A program made the translations under genes and the position numbers. From Octopus bimaculoides (lineage: Eukaryota), in contig NC_068987.1 of assembly GCF_001194135.2 (NCBI RefSeq), positions 74,894,865 to 74,958,864 on the forward strand: a DNA stretch of 64,000 nucleotides. Direction: 5' to 3'. Shown piece by piece: positions 1 to 14,890 of this stretch. Position 1 is the first letter of the stretch. The number at the start of each line of letters is the position of its first letter. The notes under the pieces are model-generated. The model was not told the origin of the DNA. It searched no databases and saw nothing but the letters and a program-made list of their open reading frames with translations.

Positions 1-78
<78 letters not shown>
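1..78. repeat. (TA)n microsatellite
   Basis: Directly visible; further (TA)n runs border most gaps. Confidence 0.99.
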
Positions 79-83
<5 letters not shown>

Positions 84-870
84 CATACACGCACACACAT
101 GCTTACGTACATACACTCACGTCATACATACGTATGTGCTACATACATTGACCTCAATGTGTGTATATGCTTGCGAATAGCTCTTGATACTTTTAATGTG
201 TATATAAACACGCACAGACGCAGAGAGACAGAAAACTTAATACGTCCAAACCACATTGGCTAGTTTTACCACTTCATCTTACATATAATCATCGTGAGCT
301 CTCCTCACTGCCATTTTAGGTGGGGGCAGCATTTGTTGTTGTTGGCAGTGGTGTTGATATTGTTACTGTTAAATGTTTCTTTTGCTGGACGGATTTTTTT
401 TTTAGCTTTGTGTGTGTGTGTATTCCGTTGTTGTTTAGGGTCAGGTTAACTCAGCTGTAACCAGTTCGTCTCGTAATCGTCACACATATCTGCACTCTCC
501 AATGTCTGTCCTTCCTCGAATATCCCTCAGATCACTACGATACGGTGTGATTTGAGGGAATTGGCTGTTATTTTTGGCAGATCGACTAATGAAGGGAGTC
601 CTTCTTTGTGTTCAGGTAGAAACTAATACACCGTATTTGTTTGCTGGTCAACGAAGAAGCTTCTACGCAACTCTCTCACTTGACCTAATAGAAATAGCGA
701 CCAAATCGCTGTTAAGAAAAAGTGAACGTAAATGTAGTCTTAGTTTTCACCCCTACTAAGGCGGATTGGAGTGTCACGGTTGGAATGTGCTTGAACGAAA
801 TCACAAAAATGCATTGTGTATGCAATATATCCATATCGAGATTAAGTTTCTGATATATAAACCGTTAGGC

Positions 871-936
<66 letters not shown>

Positions 937-1193
937 NNNNNNNNNNNNNNNNNNNNNNNNNNNNNNNNNNNNNNNNNNNNNNNNNNNNNNNNNNNNNNNN
1001 NNNNNNNNNNNNNNNNNNNNNNNNNNNNNNNNNNNNNNNNNNNNNNNNNNNNNNNNNNNNNNNNNNNNNNNNNNNNNNNNNNNNNNNNNNNNNNNNNNNN
1101 NNNNNNNNNNNNNNNNNNNNNNNNNNNNNNNNNNNNNNNNNNNNNNNNNNNNNNNNNNNNNNNNNNNNNNNNNNNNNNNNNNNNNNNNNNNNN
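937..1193. other. Assembly gap (N run)
   Basis: Other gaps: 3013-3979, 16554-16675, 18050-18243, 24144-24320, 24504-24513, 24979-25631; most abut microsatellites. Confidence 1.
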
Positions 1194-1238
<45 letters not shown>

Positions 1239-1841
1239 GTGTGTGTGCATATATGTATACATTTATCTCTGTGTGTGTGTGTATATAGTATGTATAGACG
1301 ACATGGATCATACCACATTTTGCTAATGCGTCCACTCAGTAAATGTAGTGACAGCTTAATTTTGTATACAAGTTCTTATGATTGATTACCGACATTGTTA
1401 GAATGTAGGCAAATAACTGGCCCACCTTCCATTGATGGCAGCCACTATGTCGTCACTCGACCTACAAGAAAAAGCAACCAAATCTCACACTTCACACTCT
1501 TTATTCACGAAAACAGCAGGCTACATTGGTAGTCTTCGATATCTCTAAAAGAAAAGTGGGATGATTATGATTGGTACAACTTTAATTATATAGGCTTGCT
1601 CGCTTAGGGATGAGCTGGGAGGAAAACGCGAGCAAACGTGTGATTCTCTTTCAAGATCTGTTAAACATAGTAATATACATTCCCCTCAAATTATTCGGTA
1701 CTGTCTCTAAAATGAAAAAATACAAGTTGGATAATATAGTTTGTAAATGTATTTACGTCTGAAAAAAAGTTGCCTTCGAACATAGATCTGTCTGCTCTCT
1801 TCAACTTGACTTGGGGTTAAATATTAATCTTTTCTACTTTA

Positions 1842-2037
1842 GGCACAAGGCCCGAAATTTTTTTTGGGGGGGGGCAATCGATTGGATCGACTCCAGTACG
1901 CAAATGGTACTTAATTTATCGACCCTGAAAGGATAAGCCGTCCTCGGTGGAATTTGAACTCAGAACGTAAAGACAGACGAAATACTGTTAGGTATTTCGC
2001 CCGGCGTGCTAACGTTTCTGCCAGCCCGCCGCCTTAT
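1842..2037 (-). mobile_element. Family C SINE
   Basis: Reverse complement of the aggcggc..ggcagaaacgttagcacg...gagttcaaattcc...ttcatcc...gtaccagt...ggccttgtgccta unit seen repeatedly at 33860-35045. Confidence 0.8.
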
Positions 2038-2681
2038 GGGGTTAAATAATTATCGGCATCACAACCACTTCGAACTGAATGATCGGCGGCGTGAGGATGA
2101 CTGCAGTTTTCTTTGGAAAATCCTCATCCGACCTCGAATATCATGAATACTATGTTTGTCTGTGTGTATGTGTAGACTTGTGGATATTATTAAGTCACGT
2201 ATGTACGCGTCTGCAATGATGTTCAATAGTGTCTGCATGCCAAGGGTGATTGATCGCTCGCCAAGCGGTCTTACTTGTGTTTCTATAAACGCTAAAAAAC
2301 GGACACCTGCAATATAACATTCAAATTGATTGTTGTTGTTTAGCTGTAAGTCTGTTCCTGATTGAACAGGCTTATGATCAAAGGTTTTTTGCCACCTAGA
2401 CCATATCGACATTTTAGTACTATCTACGACTACATCTCTCTAATGTGTGTCCTTCATTTATTTGAGTCAGTGTGTGGTTTCAGTGATTTTTAATTGCAAT
2501 TTCTAACATTATCAGCGACCGCTAAGACTCTTTCGTTGGCTTGTACATATGAGATGGACATCAACATTATAGAGCAGCCGCCAATGAAGTTAGTGTCATA
2601 ATTTGGCCGTAGGTGTGATGACTTAAAGAGCTTTAATGCTATCTATCTATCTCCCCCCCTCTCTCTCTCTCTTTTTCTCTT

Positions 2682-2730
<49 letters not shown>

Positions 2731-3979
2731 GTCTAATCTGTGAATGTGTGTGTGAAAGAGAGAGATAAATACACGTTAATAGTGTTTTTTTTTTTTTGCA
2801 CTCACACAGTAAACATTTAACAAAACACAGCTGGTATCGTGTTTACTTGATATCGGACGTACTCGAGAACGGATGAGGGAATCTGCATGTGGTAGCTCGA
2901 CGTGCTAAAAACAGCAGTCAAATCTTCAAATCACAGCCTACCTTTTTTCTTAAGGAAAGAAAAAGTGAGTTACTCATAGCTGTCTTTGATCATAAAATCT
3001 ACTCGATCAAGGNNNNNNNNNNNNNNNNNNNNNNNNNNNNNNNNNNNNNNNNNNNNNNNNNNNNNNNNNNNNNNNNNNNNNNNNNNNNNNNNNNNNNNNN
3101 NNNNNNNNNNNNNNNNNNNNNNNNNNNNNNNNNNNNNNNNNNNNNNNNNNNNNNNNNNNNNNNNNNNNNNNNNNNNNNNNNNNNNNNNNNNNNNNNNNNN
3201 NNNNNNNNNNNNNNNNNNNNNNNNNNNNNNNNNNNNNNNNNNNNNNNNNNNNNNNNNNNNNNNNNNNNNNNNNNNNNNNNNNNNNNNNNNNNNNNNNNNN
3301 NNNNNNNNNNNNNNNNNNNNNNNNNNNNNNNNNNNNNNNNNNNNNNNNNNNNNNNNNNNNNNNNNNNNNNNNNNNNNNNNNNNNNNNNNNNNNNNNNNNN
3401 NNNNNNNNNNNNNNNNNNNNNNNNNNNNNNNNNNNNNNNNNNNNNNNNNNNNNNNNNNNNNNNNNNNNNNNNNNNNNNNNNNNNNNNNNNNNNNNNNNNN
3501 NNNNNNNNNNNNNNNNNNNNNNNNNNNNNNNNNNNNNNNNNNNNNNNNNNNNNNNNNNNNNNNNNNNNNNNNNNNNNNNNNNNNNNNNNNNNNNNNNNNN
3601 NNNNNNNNNNNNNNNNNNNNNNNNNNNNNNNNNNNNNNNNNNNNNNNNNNNNNNNNNNNNNNNNNNNNNNNNNNNNNNNNNNNNNNNNNNNNNNNNNNNN
3701 NNNNNNNNNNNNNNNNNNNNNNNNNNNNNNNNNNNNNNNNNNNNNNNNNNNNNNNNNNNNNNNNNNNNNNNNNNNNNNNNNNNNNNNNNNNNNNNNNNNN
3801 NNNNNNNNNNNNNNNNNNNNNNNNNNNNNNNNNNNNNNNNNNNNNNNNNNNNNNNNNNNNNNNNNNNNNNNNNNNNNNNNNNNNNNNNNNNNNNNNNNNN
3901 NNNNNNNNNNNNNNNNNNNNNNNNNNNNNNNNNNNNNNNNNNNNNNNNNNNNNNNNNNNNNNNNNNNNNNNNNNNNNNN

Positions 3980-4042
<63 letters not shown>

Positions 4043-7039
4043 ACTTGAGGACCCTGTGCAGCCATAGGTGAAATAGAACAGCGAGAGATCCCCCCTCCAA
4101 CATGTGTGATTCGTTACTCCTGGCACGGACTGTTTTGTTCGTGTCTCGAAGCTGTACATTCTATGTTTAGGTCTCATATACTGCAAATAAGTTCTGTTTC
4201 TTCGTGGTATAATCTTACTTTTGGCATCTGTATCTTTATTCATTTGGTCGACGTAAGTCATTGAATTTCGTCTTCATCTACGAACCATCGAGGAAAGCTG
4301 TTCGTAATCGCTTGATATGCTAGAAATAGCAATCAAATTTCCCTTAAACACCGTACTGTTTTACAAAACATGAAGATACATTGGATATTACACATTGTTG
4401 TAGATATTACTTTATCCAAGAAAAGAAAGCGATGGGATGATCACGAATAGAAAACTTTTGATATTAGGGTTTTATTCAGGCAAGTTTTACCTTGAGTTAA
4501 ACAAAACAACATCGAACGTTTTAAAGCAATTATAGTGGAATTTGTGTGTATGTACAATTTCAAACGCATTGTGTACATTTGTAAAGTAGTAGGTATATAT
4601 ATATATATTATATAAAGCTGAATGTTTTAATAATACATTCAACTGAAGTAACTATATCAACACTGTTATCTGCACCGAGCACTCTTTGTTCATAGGGCAA
4701 AATTGTCAACAATTTATGCATGCATATGGTATATAAATTATCATTCGAGTAGTGGAGTTGCTGATGTCCCCAATTTCCAAGCCTTGTGTCGATGCTACAG
4801 GCAACTATACATCTATATATATATACATACATAAATGCATAGATATGTATGAAATTATCTGTATGTATGTATATGCAGTTTATATATATGTATATATACG
4901 TATGTGTATATATGTTTGTGTGTGTGTTTATACACATGTTTATATATAGACATATACCTATATATGCATGCATATATAATTATTTGTAGCATAGGCACAA
5001 GGCCTGGAATTCGTGGAATACATATATACATATGTATGTATGTCTGTATATAGAGAGAAAGTCGTCAGCGAGCTGAGTTTCAACTTTGATGTCGTACATA
5101 TCTGAAATTTGACCCTTCCCCTAATTTCCATACACTTTGTCTCATTATTTCTTTTCCTCATTGTTCTTAAAGTATTTTGTAACAGAAGTGGAATTTCCTG
5201 TCAAAACCATTCTTTTTCTCTCGGGAATAAATTACCTTTTTCTGCCATTTCATTTTTCTGTTTTTTTTTTTCCTGTGTATCTTTGTTTCCTTAAGACACA
5301 ATTGTAACAGATTGTCGTTGGTTAATTCTATGTTAGCCTGGCCTATGGCGTTCCAACCATGGCAGTCTTGTCTTTCTCATGGGCCTTGTGCATCTAGGAA
5401 TACATTACCCAGTGTTTTCTCTTTTCAAGATAGTAGGGTTATATACTTGGAGGGAAATTTGGCTCTTATTGACTCATCTTAATCTATCTGAGCTCAAGTA
5501 ATATTTATAATCTGTTCTAAATCTCTTCACTTTGTCATAAATTTATGACCTGTATAAAATTGTTATGACTTGACCTTTTAATTGAGTTGGTATTTTCAGC
5601 CTTGACACTTTGATTTCTCATGTCACAATTTCCAGATTATGAAGAAAATCTTTTCATCCTTATACATTTTTTGTTGGCAATATGAATTCAAAGAATAACG
5701 TTAATGGTTGTAACCATTAACTTTATCAAAAGTTACATGACCTGATCTTATTTAAGTAGTGAAAATTTGGATAAGTTCATAAGCTATCTAGAGATGTGAT
5801 AACCTATATTTCAAGGAAAGCACTTTGAAGTCAAATTTTCAATTTATTCTTTCTCAAATTTTTCCATGTTTGTGAACTTTGTTAAATATTTTTTTGCTAA
5901 TGCAGACATCCACTTACCCTCACACTCTCAACAACAACACACACACACACACACACATAAGTTCAGGTATGGCTGCATTCACATGGTTTGAGGTTCACTC
6001 CTGCTGCATGTCTCTTTGGGTGTGTGTTTTCTACAACCCTGGGCTGATCAAACCCTTATGAGTGGATTTGGTAGGCTGAGACTGAAAAACACGAATCATG
6101 TATGTTTGTGTATATGCATTTGTGTGCCTCTTCATGTTGGCATCATGAGGTAGTTGTAAACAAGTATCACTGTCATACAAAGAATGTCCTTTGTTTCTAT
6201 TCTGCCAAGAAAACATCCAGTCATGGGGAAACGTTACCTTGCTTGGAAACAAATGAGAGTTGGCAACAGGAAGGGCATCTGATATGATCAGACAGAGAGA
6301 TCAAAACTGGAACCATATGAAGTTGCTTTCATGATGACTTTTGCTGACAACAAGCCACTTAATTCTGATTTCATACCCTTCGTTCATCATTACTCCTTCT
6401 GCTTTTCTCTCCCTCTCCCATCTGTGTTGGTTATAAGTAACAACAAAACCTAATCTTGCCCTTATGCACATCATCCCCTCCATTGCTGGTTTCTAATCTT
6501 TATCCTCAGTCAAACTTTAGTGGGATGTTGATGTGGTTATTACTGCTATCTGAAACTGTTTCTTCTCCCCCTCTTGCCATTTCATCATTTGTACAGTCTA
6601 TGGTATCATACATACACACTCTTTCTAGTCAGTTTCTTTTCTTTGTCCATTCGTTTCTCTTAATAAACAATCATTTTTGTTCTTATTTAACCCAAGTCAA
6701 CCGTGAGCTGTCATCAAAGGCATTCCAGTTGTAATCATCTCATTAGAGATATGTAGGACTATATTATCTAATATGCCCTTATTTGAGATGGTAGGGTTTT
6801 GACTTGAGGGATATTTTGACTGTTGCTTGTAGCAGGTCAAGGGACCATGTAGCAGATCCCTTGTTATCTTGTCAATATTCTGTTGTTTTCATCTAGTCTA
6901 TATTTTGATGCCACCTCTGTTCTTTTATCTGCTAATCCTTCCACTCTCACAAACATTACTATTCAATGAGGGGAACCTCAACATCGATTCTTAACTACAA
7001 ACTTCTGCAGTTCATCTCACTAAAAAGAAGACATTAATG

Positions 7040-7320
7040 GTTTCAGGTTCTGGCACAAACCCAAACAACATCTAATCTAAGCTAATTCTCCTCCTAATTA
7101 ACTGTGCTTTAACTTTCTGCTATTTTCGTAACTTAGTCCATCAGTTTGATACCTCTGTAATTTCTCCCTTCATAAACCTCTCCTTTGCTCTTGCAACAGC
7201 AGTTGAGTCATTGAGGATAACACCTCCATGTACTGTCTGATAGCAGCAGATGCAGTCTTTATTTTCACCATGTGTAAACAGACAATGGGGCTTAGTGCAA
7301 TTCCTGTCCTCACCAGCTCC
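7040..7320 (-). mobile_element. Short degenerate RTE fragment
   Basis: ctggcacaaacc...cagtttgatacctctgtaa...gtcattgaggataacacc aligns by eye to 14050-14330. Confidence 0.65.
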
Positions 7321-7439
7321 TGTTAAATGGTCCAACCCATGCCAGCATGGAAAACGGACATTAAATGATAATAAAATGATACATACACACTGAGGTGTTC
7401 AAGACCTTATTGGGCATTCACATATCTATTACCAATTAT

Positions 7440-7700
7440 CACGAGTTTATCAGCATAGTCTAGGTCAGTGACAGTGAAATCTTGTCCCAAGAAATCTGCA
7501 TAAGCATGCTCTGCCGTTCAGTTGCCAACAAAGTCAAAGAGCCCTGCTAGTCAGATAAATGAATTTCAAAGATTTCAGATTTCTCACCATTGTACTGAAT
7601 CTTTATTCATGTAGAGCTGCATACTTTAATTAGATTTAGCAGCTTCACAAGTTATCCGTCTACAATCTTGATATCCTTGTAGTGCATGTTGCAAGCAACA
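7440..7700 (-). mobile_element. Degenerate RT fragment (RTE-like, different subfamily)
   Basis: Minus strand reads ADFLGQDFTVTDLDYADKL, a YADD-box context. Confidence 0.55.
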
Positions 7701-7779
7701 GAATCAAAGGCTGCTGTGGTTTTGCCTTCACAACAAAATTTCCATTTTATTGTTATTCTAGTAATGGTGTTAAATATTT

Positions 7780-8160
7780 GTGGAGGCGCAATGGCCCAGT
7801 GGTTAGGGCAGCAGACTCACTGTCATAGGATCGCGGTTTCGATTCCCAGACCGGGCGTTGTGAGTGTTTATTGAGCAAAAACACCTAAAGCTCCACGAGG
7901 CTCTGGCAGGGGATGGTGGCGAACCCTGCTGTACTCTTCCACCACAACTTTCTCTCACTCTTTCTTCCTGTTTCTGTTGTGCCTGTAATTCAAAGGGTCA
8001 GCCTTGTCACACTGTGTCACACTGAATATCCCCGAGAACTAAGTTATGGGTACACATGTCTGTGGAGTGCTCAGCCACTTGCTCGTTAATTTTACGAGCA
8101 GGCTGTTCCGTTGATCGGATCAACTGGAACCCTTGACGTCGTAAGCGATGGAGTGCCAAC
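7780..8160 (+). mobile_element. tRNA-derived SINE (family B), full length, 12-bp TSD
   Basis: A box TGGCCCAGTGG and B-box-like GTTTCGATTCC; TSD tgttaaatattt at 7768-7779 and 8161-8172. Confidence 0.92.
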
Positions 8161-11100
8161 TGTTAAATATTTACCAAAAATAGTATTGGTATTTTCTGCA
8201 AGTCACATTGCCTCGATAAATTTGATATAGCTCAACAGAAAATGGTTTTAAACATATCATTCTTCAACAAAAGAAAGATTGGTTTATAAAACTCCTTTCT
8301 GTGTAAAACATGACATTCCTCACTCAACAAAAGCAAGATTGATGTATAAAGCTGCTTTCTATAGATGTTGTATCAACCATACATATGCTACCTTCTCTCA
8401 TTTTCAAAGTTGGCTTTGGTTTAGGTCAAAATCCATGTACTCAAAAAAAAAAAAAACCCAAGAAGAACCGCACCTTACTATGTTTTTGCTGTGTCAACGC
8501 CCCCAAGCGAAGAAGTAGGATCTCCAAAGACATATAAATAGAGGTAGTCTGGCCGTGGTAGCAGTTGTGTAGCGGTTGAGTAGAGATCATCAGAAGGTGC
8601 TAAATAGCAGTAGCTTGAGACATAACAGTTTTATATCTTGCAAGTCATGAGGAATGAACATGCTGGATTTACACAAGTTAGATAGTATTTGACCTCCTTT
8701 GCTTTCACTGGATCCTCCATATTTTCACTCTCTGGATTTCATATCAAACTCTGAAATTCATCATCATTGTCTGATTAATTCCTTTCAGCAATTCTTGCTC
8801 AAAAGTACCTCCATTGGTTTGATCGTACATCATCATCTTTAAAGAAACAAACTCATTCAGGATGCATTTAAACCAGAGTCCTGGGATGGTGTAAACAGTG
8901 AGGTAGACAAGTGGAAATACCAGTTAGTATGATTGTTGGATCTTGAAATGATGTCTGACCTTCATGTACAATGTCTACTGTCAGAATCACGATTGGTTGA
9001 TGATCTCCCTGTTAAATGCTTGTGATCTCAGTGGTTAGCATCGTTTTGTGATGCTCTGGATTCACTTGATGGAGCCAGCTCAACTCCTGCCTGGTGAAAG
9101 CAAAATACAAATGAACTGATGAAAAATCTTCTGTGAAATCACTTTAGCTGCCAGGTTAAGAAATCCCACAGCAACCAAATCTCTCTTGAATCATTCTTTT
9201 TTGTTTTGAATTTAAGTTTTAATTAGGCTCCCCTTTTAATCCCTTCATCCTTTTCTGATTGCCTAAGAGCCAAGGAACTGGTGTTGTATTTTCTTTAACT
9301 TGAAGTAGATGCAGCAGATGTTTCCCTGTGTAGGATGCTGCTCTATAGCTGGTAGCTTTCTCCTCCAAGATGAATTAAACTCTATACTACAAGCTAATGA
9401 AGCACTCTGGTATCCAGTTGACCATGGTTCTTTCTGCACACACACACACACACACACACATAATATCTCTCCATCCATCCAGTTATGAGAACAATTAAAT
9501 GTTGTCCTCATGATAAAAAGACCTACTTTACCTTTCATCTGTCTGAAATCAATAAAATATAATATCAGCTAAGGACTGAAATCAATAATATAATCAACTG
9601 TTCCCTTTTACAAAAGTCAATATACTTGATCATTCATTGATGGATTCCTGTAATCATTGAAAGCTTAAGTAATTCATTCCATTTGTCTACATTAGTACAT
9701 GGATAAATAAAGCATTAATGATAGGATAGTATGATATAAAATTCTCGATTCAGCATTCCATTTTATTTTTACTTTGGAAATCTCAACACCTGATATTTGT
9801 ATCTCATGATTCTATCCAATATTATGTGCCAAATGTATTACAGTATTTTCTCCCTTTAGTATTCAGATTTACTTGTCAAATGTATTGCTTACTTCTTCAC
9901 GTTGCTTTATTTTGTAGCTTCAAGATGATGTGCGTGTATATTTTTAGAATTACATTGTAGGACAGGTGTGAGAGGTTGGATGTGGTCAGTTTTAGCATAA
10001 AGCATGTAGAATATTTGGGCTGAATTAAATGCGAACGGGTTAAATTTAAACTGTGGAGGTTGTAGGATGAGTAAATGTCCTTGATCAATGTGTATATACA
10101 GCACTGACTGGTGGTCCAGAACCTCTTATAATTTGCACTAATTTATAAGCAAGAACTTCACAGTATCTTGCATGGTACAGCATTAATGAACTTGTATCGT
10201 TTACACTAATGTACCTGTATAATATTGCACCTGTATTTCATTTGATTATCCAAGAGAATTTAAAATTTAATTTAGAGATGACCACTCCTGCTTTGGAAAA
10301 ATAAATAATCTGGAAAGGTTTTGGAAGTAAAGGTTCTAGAAAATCAATGGTGTACCTGTGTATGCAATGCTTTATATGAAAGTCGCAATAGGTGTGAATT
10401 TAGAATACTGGTTGTGTTCATGTAGTTATGAGTAAAATATTGTATTTCTACATAGGCACAAAGCCTTGAATTATGTGGAGAGGGCATTGTTGATGAGATT
10501 GTATAATACATAAAAATGTTAGTGCTGTCAAATATCACAAAACTCACTGAATGTGGATGACTGTTTTCATTATGTGTTATAAATTCACAGTTAAACGTTG
10601 TGTGTAACTGAGTAGCTAAGAAGTTTACAATCACAAGGCCCCAGGAACAATCTCATCGCTTGGCATTTTGGGCAAGTGTCTTTGCTATAATCTTGAGTTA
10701 ACCCTAAGTCTTGTGAAAGAAATTGGGTCAACAGAAACTGTGTGGAAACTTCTCAGGTGGATTGCATCTATGATTCAAAGGTCCAACTATGATACATGAG
10801 TCATACTGATTTGCTTTGGACATTAATTAAGGGGACACGTGTCTGTGAAATATTCAGCCACTTATTTAATTTGGGTGTTTGGTTGACTGAACAAATGTTC
10901 ATTGATGAAACCAATAGCTGATTCATCACACATGCATATACACACAACTATACCAACTTAATTATGTTTTCTATAATTTGGTATTAATTAATGGTCATCT
11001 TGATATGAGAAAAACAGTTCTACAACTTGTACAGATGGTCTATTTATAGTGATCAAATGTTTGTGTGGTACATTTGTTCGCTTCCTGTGTTAAATCTACA

Positions 11101-11559
11101 TTGCCTGTGCAGGTGCATGGTATGCCACATGTCAGCTGTCAAAGCAATCACAGAGCAGCATGAAATGAAATGCTTTGCTCAAGAACACAATACACCAACC
11201 AATCTAGGAATTGAACCCACCATCTTGCAGTCATGGGTGTAACACCCTAACCATTAGGCCACACACCTTCATATTATAATTTGGTTTTATAGAAACAATA
11301 ATGATAGTGTGGAAGTGTTTTCCTGGTAAATACACCCTATCTAATTTACAATCTCTTGTTTTCCTGACTGAACAAAAATATTTGTTAGCCCACTCCTACT
11401 TGACAAGTAGACAGGTATAAAAATACTTGTTCCAACAAATAAAACATCCCACCCAATTCTAAGGCTTGGAAGTCTCTTTCTTGTAATCACTTTGCAAGCA
11501 TCAAGTTTCTCTTCTTCTATTTGAGATCTCTACTTTAGTGCAATAACTTACATGATATC

Positions 11560-11915
11560 TTATCCAGTCCAGCTGATGATAGCCCATGACTCACTTAACC
11601 AACACACCAGCTGCCTTCTCAATCTGACTATTTTGTTGTTAAATACAATTGCTTCCCTTCCTCAGAACTAGCCAGTTGTATACGACCTCTACCCTGACAC
11701 ACCACTCTCTCCCTCCCTCCCATCACCCACACTATCTTGTCAACTTACATCCCACACTAAGGACTTCATTATCTTTCCTCCTAAGAATGCCAAGCTTTCT
11801 AATTACTCTTCTATACACGTATTTCCTGTTAACAACCAGCTTATGGATATTCAGTCTTGGAGGGACTGTGAAGGTCAAGAGTACAGCTCCTTCCCCCTGA
11901 TTTAACCAGCATATT
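11560..11915 (+). mobile_element. Possible CR1/L2-type LINE remnant
   Basis: Ends TVKVKSTAPSP*FN, resembling the post-endonuclease PWFN motif; highly decayed. Confidence 0.3.
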
Positions 11916-12779
11916 AAAAAAAAGAGATTCTTCCTTTCCAGAATACAGCATCTGAAGTTGCCTTCTTTTCCTTATTTTTTATCCCCTGCAGACACAATCC
12001 TACATACAGATATTCAAACAATGTCAACTGCAGTCATACTTTTCATCCATCACACTGGGTTTGCAGGGTGAGCAAAAGTAATTGAGCATTTCCCCTCTTC
12101 AGTTCTTTAGAGGGAACTAACTTGACTGAGTTACACTCTCTGTCTAAATAAAGCATTGGTTTGAAAATATAACTTTTTACATGGTGTCATCTTATCAGAG
12201 GACATGTTCTGTTGGACTGTGGCGATTTCTTTAATTAGTCTTGTAGCGACATTCTGGCATTTTCTAATGACCTTGTTGAGTTTACTTTTCTCCCACACAC
12301 ACTTTTTCTCCATTCCCCCATCTCCTACTTTAAATGAAAGTCCACTTGTCAAAGATATTTTTTTACCTGGGGAAGCAAAGTTTAGAAGGAAGAGCTACTC
12401 TTCATACTTACAACTGTCAGTTTTCTGACAGCTGTCTCTGCACTTTCTCACCCTGGCCTGTCATCACACTTAAATAAATCCTTTGTTATTGTTCTAGATA
12501 CCCATTCTAGTTCTTTCTAGCTCCTTTTTTTTTTTTTGTTAACCCTTCATTTTTAATTTTCTTTTAAAACATGCTTATGGGGAAAATACTAACTATATTG
12601 GTGACAGGAAAGACATCTAACCATAGTACATTGGCCTCTACAAATTCCATGCAAGCATAGAAAAGTGGATGCTAAAATTATGTTGGATAAATGCTTAGGG
12701 ACACACTCTGCTTGTAAACCAAATGAGGTTGATGCCGACACTGTAAAGTAAGTCAGGTAATGTTAACTACACCCATTAC

Positions 12780-14480
12780 CTATAGAGTGAGAAAGAGCAT
12801 ATATCTCCAAAGGTCTCGGTCTTTAGTCATTGCCTCTGTGAGACCCAACGTTCGAAGGTCATGCTTCACCACCTCATCCCATGTCTTCCTGGGTCTACCT
12901 CTACCCCGGATTCCTTCCACTGTTTGGGAGTGGCACTTCTTCACACATCTCTCCTCATCCATCTGTAGTACATGACCATACCAGCACAGACGTCTCTGTT
13001 GCACACCACATCTGATGCTTCTTCTGTTCAACATTTCTCTCAGGGCGCTTACACTCTGTCGTGTGTGCACACTGACATTACACATCCAGCAGATCATGCT
13101 AGCTTCGTTTCTTTCGAGCCTACACATGTCCTCTGCAGTCATGGCCCATGTTTCACTGCCATGAAGCATGGCAGTTCGCACACATACATCGTACAATCCA
13201 CTTTTCACTCTGAGCGAGAGGCCCTTTGTCACCAGTAGGGGTAGAAGCTTTCTGAACTTTACCCAGGCTATTCTTATTCTAGCCCCTACACTCTCAGAGC
13301 AACCACCCCCACTACAGACTTGGTCACCTAGGTAGTGAAAGCTATCAACTACTTCTAGTTTCTCCCCCTGGCATGTGATGGAATCTGTTTTCTGAGCATC
13401 TGTGGTGTTTATTGCCCCTGTGCATCTGCTGCACACGAAAGCTATCTTCCCGGTTAATCTTCCTTTGATATTGCTGCACCTCTTATGTGTCCATAGCTTA
13501 CACTGGGTACATCTTATGTAGTTTCTACCTACACCTTTACAGATCGAGCAGGGCCACCTACCTGTTGTGTTCGCCTTCCTACTTACTAGAACTTTGATCT
13601 TTGCAACATTGACTCCAAGGCCCTTCGATTCTAAACCTTACTTCCACACCTGAAATTTCTTCTCTAGTTCTGGTTGTGATTTTGCTATGAGGGCCAGCTC
13701 ATCAGCATAGAGGAGCTCCCAGGGGCAACTTGTCTTGAATTCCTCTGTTATTGCCTAGAGGACTATGATGAATAAAAGTGTACTGAGGGCTGATCCTTAG
13801 TAGACCCCTACTTCTACCTAGAATTCTTCACTGTACTCATTGCCAACCCTAACCTTACTAACAGCATCTCTGTACAGCCCTTATTAGTCATTTGTCACTC
13901 CCCAGTTTCCACATCGCACATCAGATAAGGGATCGGGGGACCCTGTCAAAGGCTTTCTCCAAGTCCACAAAAGCCAAGTATAGGGGTTTATCTTTGGTTA
14001 GGTATTTCTCCTGCAGTTGCCTCACCAGGAATATAGCATCAGTGGTGCTTCAACCTGGCACAAAACCGAACTGCATCACATCTAAGCAGACTCTCTCCCT
14101 AATTAGTTGGACCATGACCCTCTCTGTCACTTTCATCACCTGATCCAGCAGTTTGATACCCCTGTAGTTATTTCTATCTAAAGCATCACCTTTACTTTTG
14201 TAGCAGTTGACTATGGTGCTGCTACACCAGTCATTGGGTATGACTCCATCATGAACTATCTGGTTTACATTGCGGGTGACTAGGCCATAGCCCACACCAC
14301 CAGATATTTTAAGCATATCAGCAGTGATTCCTGATGGGCTGGGGGATTTTCCTGGCTTCATACTCTTAATTGCTTTATCTATCAAGGTGCTGTCTATTCA
14401 GATAGCTGGTCCCTCTACTGGGTCAACATTTGGCAGGCTCTCCTCCTCCCATTCATTTTCCATGTTCAGCAGTCTTTCAT
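12780..14480 (-). mobile_element. RTE-clade LINE, 5'-truncated, frameshifted RT fragment
   Basis: Minus-strand translation gives GKSPSPSGITADML, NYRGIKLLDQVMKVTERV, MQFGFVPG, FVDLEKAFDRVP, WELLYADEL, FHYLGDQ, YGHVLQMDEERCVKK and RGRGRPRKTW, typical RTE RT and C-terminal motifs. Confidence 0.92.
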
Positions 14481-14859
14481 AAACACACATACATAGATAT
14501 AAAATTGTGGCTCTGAAAAAGATATCTTAGAGTGGCTGTTCCCATTATTTTCAGTTGTTCAATCAGTCTATAAATGTAATTGAACCATGAATCCACCCAA
14601 TAACATATCTGAAACAGCTGTAAGGTTCTAATAAATGTATATAACCCATTATTTTTGTCTATTTTCTGTATCACTATACCTTGTAACAGAACCATGGATT
14701 TACAAATCTGACTAATGACAGACTTTGATTTTGGATTACCTGGAGTACAATACCAATCACAGGACTCGCTTGTATATCCTGGTGTATTTTTATCTACAGA
14801 GAGCTTAAGAAGTATTTCACCTAGATTACTAATCTCGTATTAATCCCACTTTGTTTTGC

Positions 14860-14890
<31 letters not shown>

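Noticed and set aside
2059-2412. 117-aa minus-strand ORF (likewise 12131-12352 and 22487-22807)
   Set aside because: No recognisable domain, no consistent splice sites, and partial overlap with repeats; lengths are plausible by chance.
766-4261. Long ORFs in the track made of X, YI, HT or CV repeats (also near 16450-18300, 24056-24410, 52168-52618, 62346-62609)
   Set aside because: Artefacts of N gaps and dinucleotide microsatellites.
7141-7335. ORF resembling a CCCH zinc finger (RNCTKPHCLFTHG)
   Set aside because: The DNA is a frameshifted RTE fragment fused to a family D tail; it aligns by eye to 14050-14330.
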